A stretch of 64,000 bases of DNA from an uncultured delta proteobacterium (GTDB lineage Bacteria > Desulfobacterota > RBG-13-43-22). Numbering within the stretch: the stretch's first letter is position 1; every line of letters starts with the position of its first letter. The notes beneath the pieces were generated by a model. The model made no database searches and was not told the DNA's origin. It saw nothing but the letters and a program-made list of their open reading frames with translations. Made by a program: the position numbers and the translations under genes. The stretch covers positions 1,824,001 through 1,888,000 of the forward strand of contig CAWBOS010000010.1 of NCBI GenBank assembly GCA_963790475.1, read 5' to 3'. Of this stretch, positions 31,248-41,337 are shown piece after piece.

Positions 31248-31416
31248 AGGAGAAGAGACACCTGACCGACCTCCGGCAGAACCGGAGGCTTGATATTTGC
31301 TGGCCTCTAACAGGCCTGATCGCAAATAAAAAAACCTTGATTAAATCCCTCCCGACCTCCCCTTTGAAAAGGGGGATTGAGGGGGATGTGGTTCCTTCAA
31401 AACTACATCACCCCGC

Positions 31417-32388
31417 TTATAGATAACCGGCGGCGGCGTACTGCTTGATCTTTTGGGGGATCACCGTTTCCCAATAATAATCGAAGTTAAACCCCGAATA
31501 ATCATGGAAAGGGGCCGGCCCGGTATCCACCAGCAAACATTGACAGCCTTTCCCTTTCAAGACCACAAAAATATTATTGGGACTAACCGAGGTCTTCACT
31601 TCCGGGGTTTTGATGAACAGATCCAACAGCCGGTCGATGAAGACCTGTACGGTCTCCCGCACCTGTTGATAGGCCGAACTCCCCGGTCCACCCAGAGAAT
31701 AGTAGATTTTGGCCAGGGATTCGCCTGCCAGCCGTTCCTTGATCATGAAACTTCCGTAAGGATCGCTGGACAGGATGCGCGGCACAGGAACACCCTGCTT
31801 TTCGAAAAACTCGGTCACCTCATATTCATCTTTCAGATGATTTCGACTGTAGGCGCGAGGCTTGGCGATCTTTAAAACCGCCTGATGGGCTTCCTGGTAA
31901 TCGTAGACAATACCGTTCTCCCCCTCCCCGATCCTGGGCAGTATAACGGTATATTGGTTCCCGGCCAGGTTGATAGGGATCAATCCGGTCTTAAAGCTGG
32001 TCAGGCCTTGAATGACGTGGCTCGACTCGTTATCCAGATAAAGGCCCCGCAGATCCCCCGCCAGATTGGCTACATATTCCCTTGATCCGAAACCGATGAA
32101 GGTGTCCGAGCGGTCCTCTCTTAAGAACATCCCATAATAGCCGGCGGTGTGGAGTGCTTGTATTAAATCGGCCATCCGGGCATACTGGGGGGAGAAAAGG
32201 ATTTCGAACAAGCCCGTCTCTCCTCCGGAAAGGGAACGGAAACCGCAAACCCGGCATTCCTCCACCTGGACATTGGGAATACGGACAACGGACCCTTCGA
32301 TAGTTATGTCCTGGGCCGTTTTAACCGTTATTAAAAAGCCTTCCTCACAACGGGGGCAGATTTCATTTTGCGGCTTTGACTCATCCAT
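31417..32388 (-). CDS. YgiT/MqsA-type Zn finger fused to a protein-kinase-like domain lacking the catalytic Asp
   Basis: CPRC...CRVC; IGEGENGIVY; LKIAK; catalytic loop TSVSPNNI; DTG. Confidence 0.7.
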   Translation of the reverse strand: MDESKPQNEICPRCEEGFLITVKTAQDITIEGSVVRIPNVQVEECRVCGFRSLSGGETGLFEILFSPQYARMADLIQALHTAGYYGMFLREDRSDTFIGFGSREYVANLAGDLRGLYLDNESSHVIQGLTSFKTGLIPINLAGNQYTVILPRIGEGENGIVYDYQEAHQAVLKIAKPRAYSRNHLKDEYEVTEFFEKQGVPVPRILSSDPYGSFMIKERLAGESLAKIYYSLGGPGSSAYQQVRETVQVFIDRLLDLFIKTPEVKTSVSPNNIFVVLKGKGCQCLLVDTGPAPFHDYSGFNFDYYWETVIPQKIKQYAAAGYL

Positions 32389-32398
32389 GGAAGACGTC

Positions 32399-33604
32399 CT
32401 AAGTTTCAATGTTTTTTTGGGTCTCCAGCAGTTTTTCATGCTGGAGGGTCAACCGGTAAAGTCGTTCGGATAAGATAACCGCGATATTTTTTATGAGCTT
32501 GTAAGGGGCCGTGAGGTTGGCCTCCAACAACTCATTGAACAGGTCCTGGTCGATTTCAATCAACTTGCAGGCCTTAGCCGCGACAACGGTCATGGACCTC
32601 GGCACATGAAGCAGGAAGGCCACTTCCCCCAACACCGAACCGCGGCCGATCTTCTGGTGCCAGGAACCCGGTCTTGAATAGTGGCCCCGCCGGACCTCCA
32701 CCTCCCCCTCCAAGATCAGGTAGATATTTTCTCCAATAGTCCCTTCCCGGAGGATGACTTCTTCCGGTTCAAATTCAATGGTCTTGGCCGTTTTCAACAG
32801 CAAGAATATCTCGGCCGGTTTCAGGCCATGGAAAATCTCAAATTCCTTGGCCTCGTCCCGTTCGGATTGGGTCACTTCCTGAGGTACCAGCCACTGCAAA
32901 TAACCGGTACGCTGGTATTTACGGATGCGGTCGGGAAGGACTTCATTCCAATACTTGTTGAAGGTATAGCCCTCGTAATTTTTCTTCAGGGTAGTCCCCG
33001 GATCGATCAGGACGAATTGGGTCGGATCCTTAAACTTTCCCCCCTCACTCAGCACATAAATGTTGTTTGGGCTGACGCTGACTTTGCAATCCGGCCTTTT
33101 TTTGAATAATTCCAGGAGTCGATTTAAAAAATTTTCCAGACCTTCCAGAATCAATTGTTGACTTTTAACCGACAAGTCGTTGAAACGCAGATAGAGGCTG
33201 GTAATGGATTCCCCCTCCACAAACTCCTTGATGCAAAAGCGGCCAAGAGGATCCAGGTGATAAATTCGCGGGACATAAACCTGTTCGGAAAGAAAAAAAT
33301 CCGTAGTCATGGCCTCTTCCAGGAGACGCTCCCGACAGACCGGTTGCTGCTTGGCTACCTTGAGGCACAATGGCCCCGGGGCTTCCGAAAGGGACAGGGA
33401 ATGGGAACGCAGAGGATAGACAATGCCGCGGTCCCCCTCCCCCAGGGGAGGAAGACTGATCCCCAAATGGACCCCGCCATAGGCTTGATCGATTTTCTTA
33501 ATACCGGAGTCGGTGGCCTGCTGCAAGGCATCAAAAAAAATGACCGCCTGTTCTTCCAATTCCGGGGCTTCGATAGATTTAAGGAGTTTCTTATCCAAGG
33601 CCAT
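32399..33604 (-). CDS. Protein-kinase-like domain (no catalytic Asp) fused to a C-terminal cNMP-binding domain
   Basis: LGEGDRGIVY; LKVAK; VSVSPNNI; DPG; then ILREG...GEVEV...LGEVAFLLHVPRSMTV. Confidence 0.75.
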   Translation of the reverse strand: MALDKKLLKSIEAPELEEQAVIFFDALQQATDSGIKKIDQAYGGVHLGISLPPLGEGDRGIVYPLRSHSLSLSEAPGPLCLKVAKQQPVCRERLLEEAMTTDFFLSEQVYVPRIYHLDPLGRFCIKEFVEGESITSLYLRFNDLSVKSQQLILEGLENFLNRLLELFKKRPDCKVSVSPNNIYVLSEGGKFKDPTQFVLIDPGTTLKKNYEGYTFNKYWNEVLPDRIRKYQRTGYLQWLVPQEVTQSERDEAKEFEIFHGLKPAEIFLLLKTAKTIEFEPEEVILREGTIGENIYLILEGEVEVRRGHYSRPGSWHQKIGRGSVLGEVAFLLHVPRSMTVVAAKACKLIEIDQDLFNELLEANLTAPYKLIKNIAVILSERLYRLTLQHEKLLETQKNIET

Positions 33605-33615
33605 AGGCACCTCTA

Positions 33616-34847
33616 TTAGGATGGATTTTTCATCCCTTCCTCTTTTTCAGCCCGCCAACCCAAAAAAAATACCACCGCTCCCAAAAGAGGGAAAATTCCC
33701 AGCCAGCCAAAAAGAGTACGGGCCGAAACGTTAAAAGAATTGACTAATAAATACACGGCTGCAATAGCCGTCAGTCCGAAAATGCGGCTGCCGAAACTGG
33801 TGGTGGATTTGGCCCTCCCCTGAATGTGGGCATCGGAATAACGATTGATGATGGAATCAATCCCCACCGCCTCGGAGGCCTGGCCGGCCCCCACCATGGC
33901 CCCCACCAGGCAGGCCAGGATTACGTCATTAACCAGGTTGAACCCGAAAAAGGACAACCCGATGACGATCAGGGACACCCCGGTGAGGAAAAAGGTGGAA
34001 CGATAGGCAAAAAAGAAGGGGATCACCAGGGCGGTAACCACGACCTTGCCGGCCGATTGGGCCGATTCGAAATAACCGTAGGCCGACAGACCTTTGGCGA
34101 TATGGGCCAAATAGACCACGGAAAGGACGGAAAAAGAACCGCGGGCCATCGCCACCAGGGATCGACCGATCAATAACAACCGCAAAGGCTTGTTAGCCCA
34201 GGTGTACCGCAGACCCTCTCTTTGACTGGCCCAATAGGACTTTTTGCGGACTTTTTGATAATCGATGACCGATTCCCCGGCCAGGTGAAGCCGGGAGACC
34301 AGAAAGAAAGAAATAAAGAAAAAAAACGGTCCCCATAAGACCGCTATTTTAAACCCCAGCCAGCCGGCCACCAGACTGGCCAGCGCATAACCCGCTGATA
34401 TTGCTGAAATGGTTGGCCGCATCAATCTGGGATAAAACCTTGGTCCCTTCCTTGAACCGGGAAATTGACTTTAACCACCTTGTCCGCCGCTGGCTTAAAA
34501 AAAATAAAGACAAAATCACCTAAAAAAGATAAAACCAGATAAACCGGGTAGGGATATCCCCACAGCACCGCCGCCACCAGGAGCAGGCTTAAAAATGTCC
34601 GCAGCAGATCAGCGGCCATCAGTGAGGTGCGAATGCGCATTTTGTCAATAAAAGGGCCGGATATGGCATTGATGAGGATTTCACAGACATAACGGAAAAC
34701 CAGGACCAGACCGGCGATCATGGGGTCCTTGCTTTTTGAGGCCACCAGCAGAACTGACAGAATGCGTAAGAAGCCGTCCCCGATCCGGGTGAACACCCGG
34801 CTGGAAATCAGAATGATAAAATCTTTCCGGACAGTGGAGGGTTCCAT
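33616..34847 (-). CDS. MFS transporter (apparent frameshift near 34445)
   Basis: About 12 hydrophobic segments across two ORFs; SGPFIDKMRIR, FFKPA, EGLRY, QGRA motifs. Confidence 0.8.
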
Positions 34848-34863
34848 GGGCACTTGTCGATAA

Positions 34864-34939
34864 TGTATAACAAACCCCGAACCGGGAGTCAATACGATAT
34901 ATACGGAAGTTTGACTTTAACAAATCCTGGGCGTATAAT
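34864..34939. promoter_or_regulatory. Back-to-back sigma70-type promoters for the MFS-kinase operon and the cyclase gene
   Basis: Plus strand TTGACT(34911)-N17-TATAAT; minus strand TTGACT(34892)-N17-TATACA. Confidence 0.55.
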
Positions 34940-34967
34940 ATAATTCAACCTTTAATCAAAGAACCCT

Positions 34968-36602
34968 ATGGCCTATCAACTACTGATCACGCCTTCCGTC
35001 GGTAAGCGCTGGACTTACGTCCTGGAAAAAACCTTGGTGAAGATCGGACGGACCAACCACTGCGAGGTGGTCATCAACGATCAATTGGTTTCCCGGGAAC
35101 ATTGCCAGTTGCAGTTGAAGTCCGAGGGACTTTTTTTAGAGGATTTAAACAGCGTTAACGGGACCCTGGTCAACAATCAGCGCATCACCCGGGTCTTGCT
35201 GCATCCCGGAGATAAGATTCGTCTGGGGCTTTCAGATATTCTTTTGGAGGGGTACCAGGAGAAGGAAACTGCCCCGTCTACCCAATTCACCAAGCCCAAA
35301 GAACCCCGGCCGGAGCCGGCGAAAAAACCTGAACCTGGGATTTCAATAGAAAAAAAACCTGAACGCATCCGAGAACCTGCCCCGCTGCAGCCGAAAAGAT
35401 CCGAAATGGGGCAGCCCGACGAATTAAAAAAACCCAGGAAACCCGAGGCTGCTGTTCCCCGAGGTCCTGAGCCCGCTCCTATCCCCTTGGTTTCCAAAAA
35501 CCAGGAACCACCAACCCTCTTGGTCGTCCATCCGGAATGCTCGCAGATTGAACACCTGCTGGCCCCCCTGGCGGCTTCCGGGGTGGTGATCCAACGGACG
35601 TCGGATAGCCGTCAAATCCACTCCATCTTAGAAAAATCCCCGCCGGACTGCATTCTGCTCGGCATTCAAACGGAAGCCACCCTGAATGTCTGCCAGGAAA
35701 TAAAGTCCCGCCCGAACGCTGGTCCAATTGTGTTGTTGATTCAAGAAGAATCCTGGCAGGACCTGTACCCCCTGATCCAAGCCGGGGTGGACGAGGTGCT
35801 TCGCCAACCGGACCCCACTGAATTGCAAGTTCGTCTCCGGAATATGCTGGAACTGCACCGCTTACGAAAGGAAGCTACCTCCTTAAACTCTCAAATGGAA
35901 AAGCGGGTCAGTGCGGATGTATCCGAAGCCGAACGCATCACCCGGCTGAAAAGGTATCTTTCTCCACAGGTAGTGGCCGCGGTCTTATCCGGGGATGAAT
36001 CCCACGTCCTCAAGCCTACCCGTCAGGAGGTGTCCATCGTCTTTTCCGACCTTCGAAACTTTACCCATTTCTCGGAGACCTCTGAACCGGAAGAAATTAT
36101 GGCCATGCTGGGTGACTTCCATGGCCTTTATGGTGAGATTATTTTTCAATATGACGGGACTCTGGAGCGTTTCGCCGGAGACGGGGTCATGGTCTTTTTT
36201 GGGGCCCCGGTCCGTTTTAAAGATCATGCCTCCCGGGCAGTGGCCATGGCCGTGGCCGCCCGGGAACGATTGGTCGACCTGCGCAAGAAATGGAAGAAAT
36301 TAGGCTATGCCCTGGATATTTCATTCGGGATTTCAACCGGATATGTTTTTGTGGGCAATATCGGGTTCGAGGGACGGATGGACTACGCCGCCATTGGGAA
36401 GACCACCAACCTGGCTGCCCGGTTGTGCGCCGCGGCCAAGGGGGGTGAAATTCTGATAAGCCGCAAGACCCTTTTTCAGGTGGAGGACCTGGTGGAGGTG
36501 GAAGAGACCGGAGCCTTGGAAGTGAAAGGCTTCAGCGAACCGGTTATGGCCTATAATGTGCTTCGCCTTAAAGCCCCCTTCACCCCTACCCCTGTTGACT
36601 AA
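34968..36602 (+). CDS. FHA + Pro-rich linker + pseudo-receiver + class III adenylate/guanylate cyclase
   Basis: IGR/SREH/NGT FHA motifs; DCILLGI receiver-like segment without Asp; FSDLRNFT, FAGDG, DY, NLAARL, VKG. Confidence 0.88.
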   Translation: MAYQLLITPSVGKRWTYVLEKTLVKIGRTNHCEVVINDQLVSREHCQLQLKSEGLFLEDLNSVNGTLVNNQRITRVLLHPGDKIRLGLSDILLEGYQEKETAPSTQFTKPKEPRPEPAKKPEPGISIEKKPERIREPAPLQPKRSEMGQPDELKKPRKPEAAVPRGPEPAPIPLVSKNQEPPTLLVVHPECSQIEHLLAPLAASGVVIQRTSDSRQIHSILEKSPPDCILLGIQTEATLNVCQEIKSRPNAGPIVLLIQEESWQDLYPLIQAGVDEVLRQPDPTELQVRLRNMLELHRLRKEATSLNSQMEKRVSADVSEAERITRLKRYLSPQVVAAVLSGDESHVLKPTRQEVSIVFSDLRNFTHFSETSEPEEIMAMLGDFHGLYGEIIFQYDGTLERFAGDGVMVFFGAPVRFKDHASRAVAMAVAARERLVDLRKKWKKLGYALDISFGISTGYVFVGNIGFEGRMDYAAIGKTTNLAARLCAAAKGGEILISRKTLFQVEDLVEVEETGALEVKGFSEPVMAYNVLRLKAPFTPTPVD

Positions 36603-36779
36603 AAAAACCTGACTCTGTTTATCATGCCCCCCATATGGGTCAACCCTGACCGGATGGTCCCTTCGATCAATCCGACGATATCTTCTCTTCTGATTATAAG
36701 AAAACTGCTTGGAATTTTTTTTAAGATCAGGTAATCTATTTTGGGGTCGGATCAATGCATCTCAATAAGGAGGCCCAAA

Positions 36780-37043
36780 TTGAAAAAAGTTACAATCATA
36801 ACCCTAATGTTTATTTTTTTTCTATGTTCAGCCTTTTCTTTTTGTTACGCAACGAGCGATCAAACTCCCGGGAATTCTCTAAAGGGAACTCAGATTGCCG
36901 ACAAGAAGGAGAGACATGAAAAAATTGAAGAGTTGCAAGAAAAGATCAAGCAGTTGAAAGAGGATAAGGAGAAGATAGAAAAAGAAATTCAAGAAAACGA
37001 AAAGGAATTGAGGGAACTTAGACATCATCATCACAAATCCTAA
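36780..37043 (+). CDS. Small exported coiled-coil protein ending in HHHHKS
   Basis: AGGAGG RBS, TTG start, hydrophobic signal, K/E-rich heptads. Confidence 0.6.
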   Translation: MKKVTIITLMFIFFLCSAFSFCYATSDQTPGNSLKGTQIADKKERHEKIEELQEKIKQLKEDKEKIEKEIQENEKELRELRHHHHKS

Positions 37044-37191
37044 GGTTAATTTTCCAAAAGCCGACCCCTTAAACAGGTTGTAAGACCCCAAAATATCCGG
37101 AAACGGTTTTATGTTGGGGGCGTTATCTATATAGACTTTTCCTGCACCGTCATTTATTTTTATTTTGGAGTATTCAGAATAAAATTTACCT

Positions 37192-38705
37192 ATGGCCAAA
37201 CCCATCCCTGTTGATCAAGAAGACATCGGGCTCCATTCTTTCCTGAAGGCCGTTGGGCCTTTTCGAGGTTTATCCGACCGGGAAATCAGCTCGCTGGCCG
37301 CCTTGGCCAAGCGACTGGAATATAGGTGCCGGTGAGTACATCTTTCAGGCCGGAGATCTGGGGGATGCCCTATTCATCATTGAAGAAGGCCTTTGCAGTC
37401 TGGAGATTGCCGGAAGGACGGTCAAACGCCTGAATCCCGGAGACCTCTTTGGTGAGATTGCCGTCATTGATACCCTGCCCCGAACGGCCTCAGTCAGGGC
37501 CGCCCAGACCTGTAGGCTCCTCTGTTTTCAAGCCGGAGATCTGGAAAATGAAAAGAAAATTAATCCATCCAGTTATATTAAAATCCTGAAGGCCTTAGCC
37601 CGTCAGATCACCTCTTATGTCCGTTCCGGGGATGATCTCTACCAGGAGATGGACTGCCTGCTGGTCCAGGACGGTGGTTGTGCTCCGGGATATGACAGCG
37701 TCACCGGTTTCCTGACCTATTTTCTGGAAGAAGCCGGACATCAGGTCTTTATGGCCCGGGAGGGTTTCAAATCCCTGGTCAGCGGCCAGGCCGGGGACTT
37801 TTGCTGTCTGATCAATGACCAGGACCTTTACCAGAAGATGGAAAACCTGCACCTGCCCGGGGTTATTTACACTCCGCCTCTGCGCGAAGCCCGAGGGGCC
37901 AGTTTCCGGACCGAACGCTACCCGGAATTTCTGAAGCCGGAAAATCAAAAATTGGCCTGCCCAAAATCTGATTGCCCGGCGGATTCGTATCTTGATCGGA
38001 ATAGGGGGCAATGGGACCTTCAGCGGCCTCAAGGCCTTAAGTCTGCTCCTGCCGGCTTCCGTCAAGGTTTTTTTTATCCCGGTCACCATTGACAGTGATA
38101 TTTTCGGTACTGAATGTATCGGCGAACATACCGGCGTCCAGGTGGGTTCGGAAAAGATCCTCTCCTATCTGGCCGATGCCCGTACCCACCACCGGATCTA
38201 TATTATCGAGATGATGGGGGCGGAAGGAGGTTATCATGCCCTTCATTCCTGTCTGGGGGCCGGTGCCGATCTGGCGGTCCTGCCCTCTTCCCGTTATGAT
38301 CCCAGCCAGGTGGCCGAAGCCCTCAATCACAAAGTATCGGCGGTTATTGTTGTCGCTGAGGGTTATAAAAGGGAAGAACGTAAAAAGGCCGGATATAAAG
38401 GGAATGCCGCTGAATACTTCCGCGATGAGTTGCAAAAAGCCGGTCTGCGAACCCGGCGACGGGTCGTTTGTGAGGGTTTTTCCAGGGATATCCGGGGGGC
38501 GGCCCCCAACTACCGGGATATTACCCTGTCGCAAAGAATGGCCCGTCAATTGACCCGTCTGCTTCAGGAAGGGAAGAACCAGGTGATGCCGGCGATCCTG
38601 GCCGGGCAGGAATATGCCATCCCCTTTGAGGAAATCCGCACCGATAATTCCGTTGAATCCGGTCTGGCCGACCTATCCAATCGTCTGACAAATAAAGATG
38701 AGTGA
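37192..38705 (+). CDS. cNMP-binding domain fused to a divergent PfkA-family phosphofructokinase (apparent frameshifts near 37323 and 37970)
   Basis: MAKPIP...FRGLSDREI | FGEIAVIDTLPRTASV; DGGCAPG; IGGNGT; PVTIDSDI; IIEMMG; VVAEG. Confidence 0.75.
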
Positions 38706-38829
38706 TAAGGCCTAACCCCATTCATGCTACCGCTGGTTTTCAGGTGATTAGACCAGGACCTCCCGTCCCTCCGGTTCATAAGGATGGATTGGTCCGGGGG
38801 AACATTTGATTTGAGAAAGGCTGATATAC

Positions 38830-39642
38830 ATGAAAAAAAGAATTTTACTCATTCCTTGGTTTTTATTACTGAACCTCTTTTTATGGTCCTCCTCGGTCTG
38901 GGCGGTCCCCTTATCTTTGGATCAAAACATCAAAGCCATTTTGGCCAAGCAGGAAGGTTCAGGTCAAGGGTTTGATTTTGTGGTCATCGGTGATAACCGG
39001 GATGGAGCGGAAGTATATAATCGATTATTAAATCATGCCAAGGCCTTTAAGCCTTTTTTTATCCTCAACACGGGGGATTTTGTCCGGGAAGGACAGGTCT
39101 TTGAATATGAAAATTATATAAAGCAGATCGCTCCGTTTGATATCCCCATCCTGCATCTCCCGGGAAACCATGACGTCCGTTATGGATCGGAAACCTATCG
39201 TAAATACGTAGGGGAGCTTAATTGGGTATTTGACCTGAGTGGTTTTCGCATTATCGGCCTTGATAATGCCACGGGAAAATTCACCGAGGAGACAGTGGCC
39301 TTCGCCCGGGAAAACCTGACCAGCCAAAAACCCTGCCTGGTGGCCTTCCATATACCCCCGGCCATCGGGCGGTGGACTGTGCATGCCATGATCGATGACC
39401 AAAAGGGAGGGCATGGCGGCGAGGTGATGGATTTAATCAAAGGAGCTAAAGTGCCCATGGTTTTTATGGGACATATTCATCTCTATGACGAAATGGACAT
39501 CGCCGGCACTAAATATGTTATCAGCGCCGGGGGAGGGGCAAGGCTTTACGGTAAATATAATTTCGGAAAACCGGAGTTCGGTTTTGTCCTGGTCCGGGTA
39601 AGACCCACGGGGATTACCCATCAATGGGTACCCCTGGATTAA
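38830..39642 (+). CDS. Exported calcineurin-like metallophosphoesterase
   Basis: Signal peptide; GDNR, TGDFV, GNHD, FH, GHIH. Confidence 0.88.
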   Translation: MKKRILLIPWFLLLNLFLWSSSVWAVPLSLDQNIKAILAKQEGSGQGFDFVVIGDNRDGAEVYNRLLNHAKAFKPFFILNTGDFVREGQVFEYENYIKQIAPFDIPILHLPGNHDVRYGSETYRKYVGELNWVFDLSGFRIIGLDNATGKFTEETVAFARENLTSQKPCLVAFHIPPAIGRWTVHAMIDDQKGGHGGEVMDLIKGAKVPMVFMGHIHLYDEMDIAGTKYVISAGGGARLYGKYNFGKPEFGFVLVRVRPTGITHQWVPLD

Positions 39643-39663
39643 TATTCCGTCGGGAACCCCCCT

Positions 39664-40198
39664 TTATTTGGGAATACTTATCTTCCGGGTAAATATCCAA
39701 TTGTCCGCCAAAAGATGACAGCCGTTACAATTGGCAAAGGACCCTATTGATTTCTTTTGAAAAACATCGGAAGATATTTTTCGGTGCTTTTTCAGGATGT
39801 AAGGAATCTCGGTAATGCGTAAGGGGCATATTGCTTCCGAGGCTTTCCATTATTTTCTGTGGTATTTTAGAGTTGGAACTTTCAGCCCCGTTCTCTTTAA
39901 GATAAAGGGCGATAAGGTTTTTAGTTTTTTGGTCTATCTCCAGAGTTCCTCCGAAATGTTTTTCCGTCGAACCTAACAGCTTTTCCCAGGAACCGGAAGG
40001 TAAAAATTCGGGCGGATAGGGCATATGGCATTGTCCGCATGTCTTCTTATAAGTCGAGGCCGGATCAATCCCAGAACTCAGCGCTTCTTTTGTCCCATTT
40101 GGACTGACCTGATTTCCGGTTGCACTTAAACAGGCCGAACTACCCATTAACACAGCCAGGAACAACAGCACAAAAAATGATTTTTCAGGAATGGTCAT
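39664..40198 (-). CDS. Diheme cytochrome c (DHC family; apparent frameshift near 39822)
   Basis: CGQCHMPYPPEFLP...HFG; frame-corrected RITEIPY..KH..ANCNGCH...SIPK*. Confidence 0.8.
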
Positions 40199-40349
40199 TT
40201 CCCCTCCCCGGGGGGCTCTCCTAAAAAGGGTTCCCTCTGACGATGGTCATGAGGTTCCACCTTTTCAAAGCCCCTTTTTTTGATGTAAGAAACTAAACTA
40301 TATAATAAGAAAAATCAATCACCAAAAAAACCACCCCGGGCTTTTCCCC

Positions 40350-40378
40350 TTGACCCCTCGCCGGGCTTCTTTTATACT
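40350..40378 (+). promoter_or_regulatory. Sigma70-type promoter, copy 1 of a triplicated motif
   Basis: TTGACC-CCTCGCCGGGCTTCTTT-TATACT. Confidence 0.6.
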
Positions 40379-40544
40379 CTTTTCATCAAAAAAACATCGA
40401 AGTCCGGGGTCAGTCCTTTCCGCAGTAGACAGGACATTCCTTGTCCCGAATCCGTTGCCTGATCGGGGATTCGGCAACATACCGGACTTTACCCGGACAG
40501 GGGGCGGGGGAAAAGTCCGTCTAAACCCATACCTAATAACGACC

Positions 40545-41315
40545 ATGAAAAATAGAAAAATCAACATTGATTTGCTTTTCCTCGGCTCGGGCAATGCCTT
40601 CGCCCCAGGACGGGCCTATGGAAGTTTCCTGGTAGATGAGCGGATTCTTTTCGAAGCCACCCCTACCACTTTACCGGCCCTCAAGGAACTAAACATACCT
40701 CTGGAGGATATCCAGTACATCTTCATCAGCCATTTTCACGGCGATCATTGCTTCGGACTGCCCTTTATCTTCCTCGATCATTATTTTATCACCAAGCGAA
40801 AAAAGCCCTTGACGATCATCGGCCCGAAAGGCCTTAAGAAACTCTCTTATACCCTCATAGACCTGGCCTTCCCCGACACCCGGAAGCGTTATTCCCGGAA
40901 ATTTCCGTTGAAAATTTTAGAGGTAAGCCCCGGCAAAGAATACTCCCTCAAGACAATGACTTTCAAGGTTTTTAAAATGTCTCATGGAAAGACATACAAC
41001 CTGGGGTTCAGTCTGACTTATAAGAAAAAACGGCTGTTCTATTCCGGCGACACGGGGCCAAGTCCTTCCCTGTTGGAACTCCTACAGGGCGCGAATATCG
41101 TTGTTTTAGAAATGACCTCCATTGACGACGATTACCCCTTCCATCTCAACCAGGAAAATATTTTGGAAATCAGAAAGCAGCTCCCACCTGAGACCCGATT
41201 GATCCTCACCCACCTCCCGGCCTTTACCAGGAAACAGGCGAAGGCCCTGGAACAGAATCCTTATGGAGTCCTTCTACCGGCCGAGGATAGGCGGCGCTAT
41301 AAATTCAATCTGTAA
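40545..41315 (+). CDS. Metallo-beta-lactamase-fold hydrolase (RNase Z/ElaC-like phosphodiesterase)
   Basis: FLGSGNAF, ISHFHGDH, SH, YSGDT, LTH. Confidence 0.85.
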   Translation: MKNRKINIDLLFLGSGNAFAPGRAYGSFLVDERILFEATPTTLPALKELNIPLEDIQYIFISHFHGDHCFGLPFIFLDHYFITKRKKPLTIIGPKGLKKLSYTLIDLAFPDTRKRYSRKFPLKILEVSPGKEYSLKTMTFKVFKMSHGKTYNLGFSLTYKKKRLFYSGDTGPSPSLLELLQGANIVVLEMTSIDDDYPFHLNQENILEIRKQLPPETRLILTHLPAFTRKQAKALEQNPYGVLLPAEDRRRYKFNL

Positions 41316-41337
41316 AGGCCCGTGTTCTCTTTTCTCC

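Noticed and set aside
38830-39642. Cytoplasmic cAMP phosphodiesterase CpdA
   Set aside because: It has a signal peptide and GDNR in place of the DxH motif, so a specific CpdA call is unsupported.
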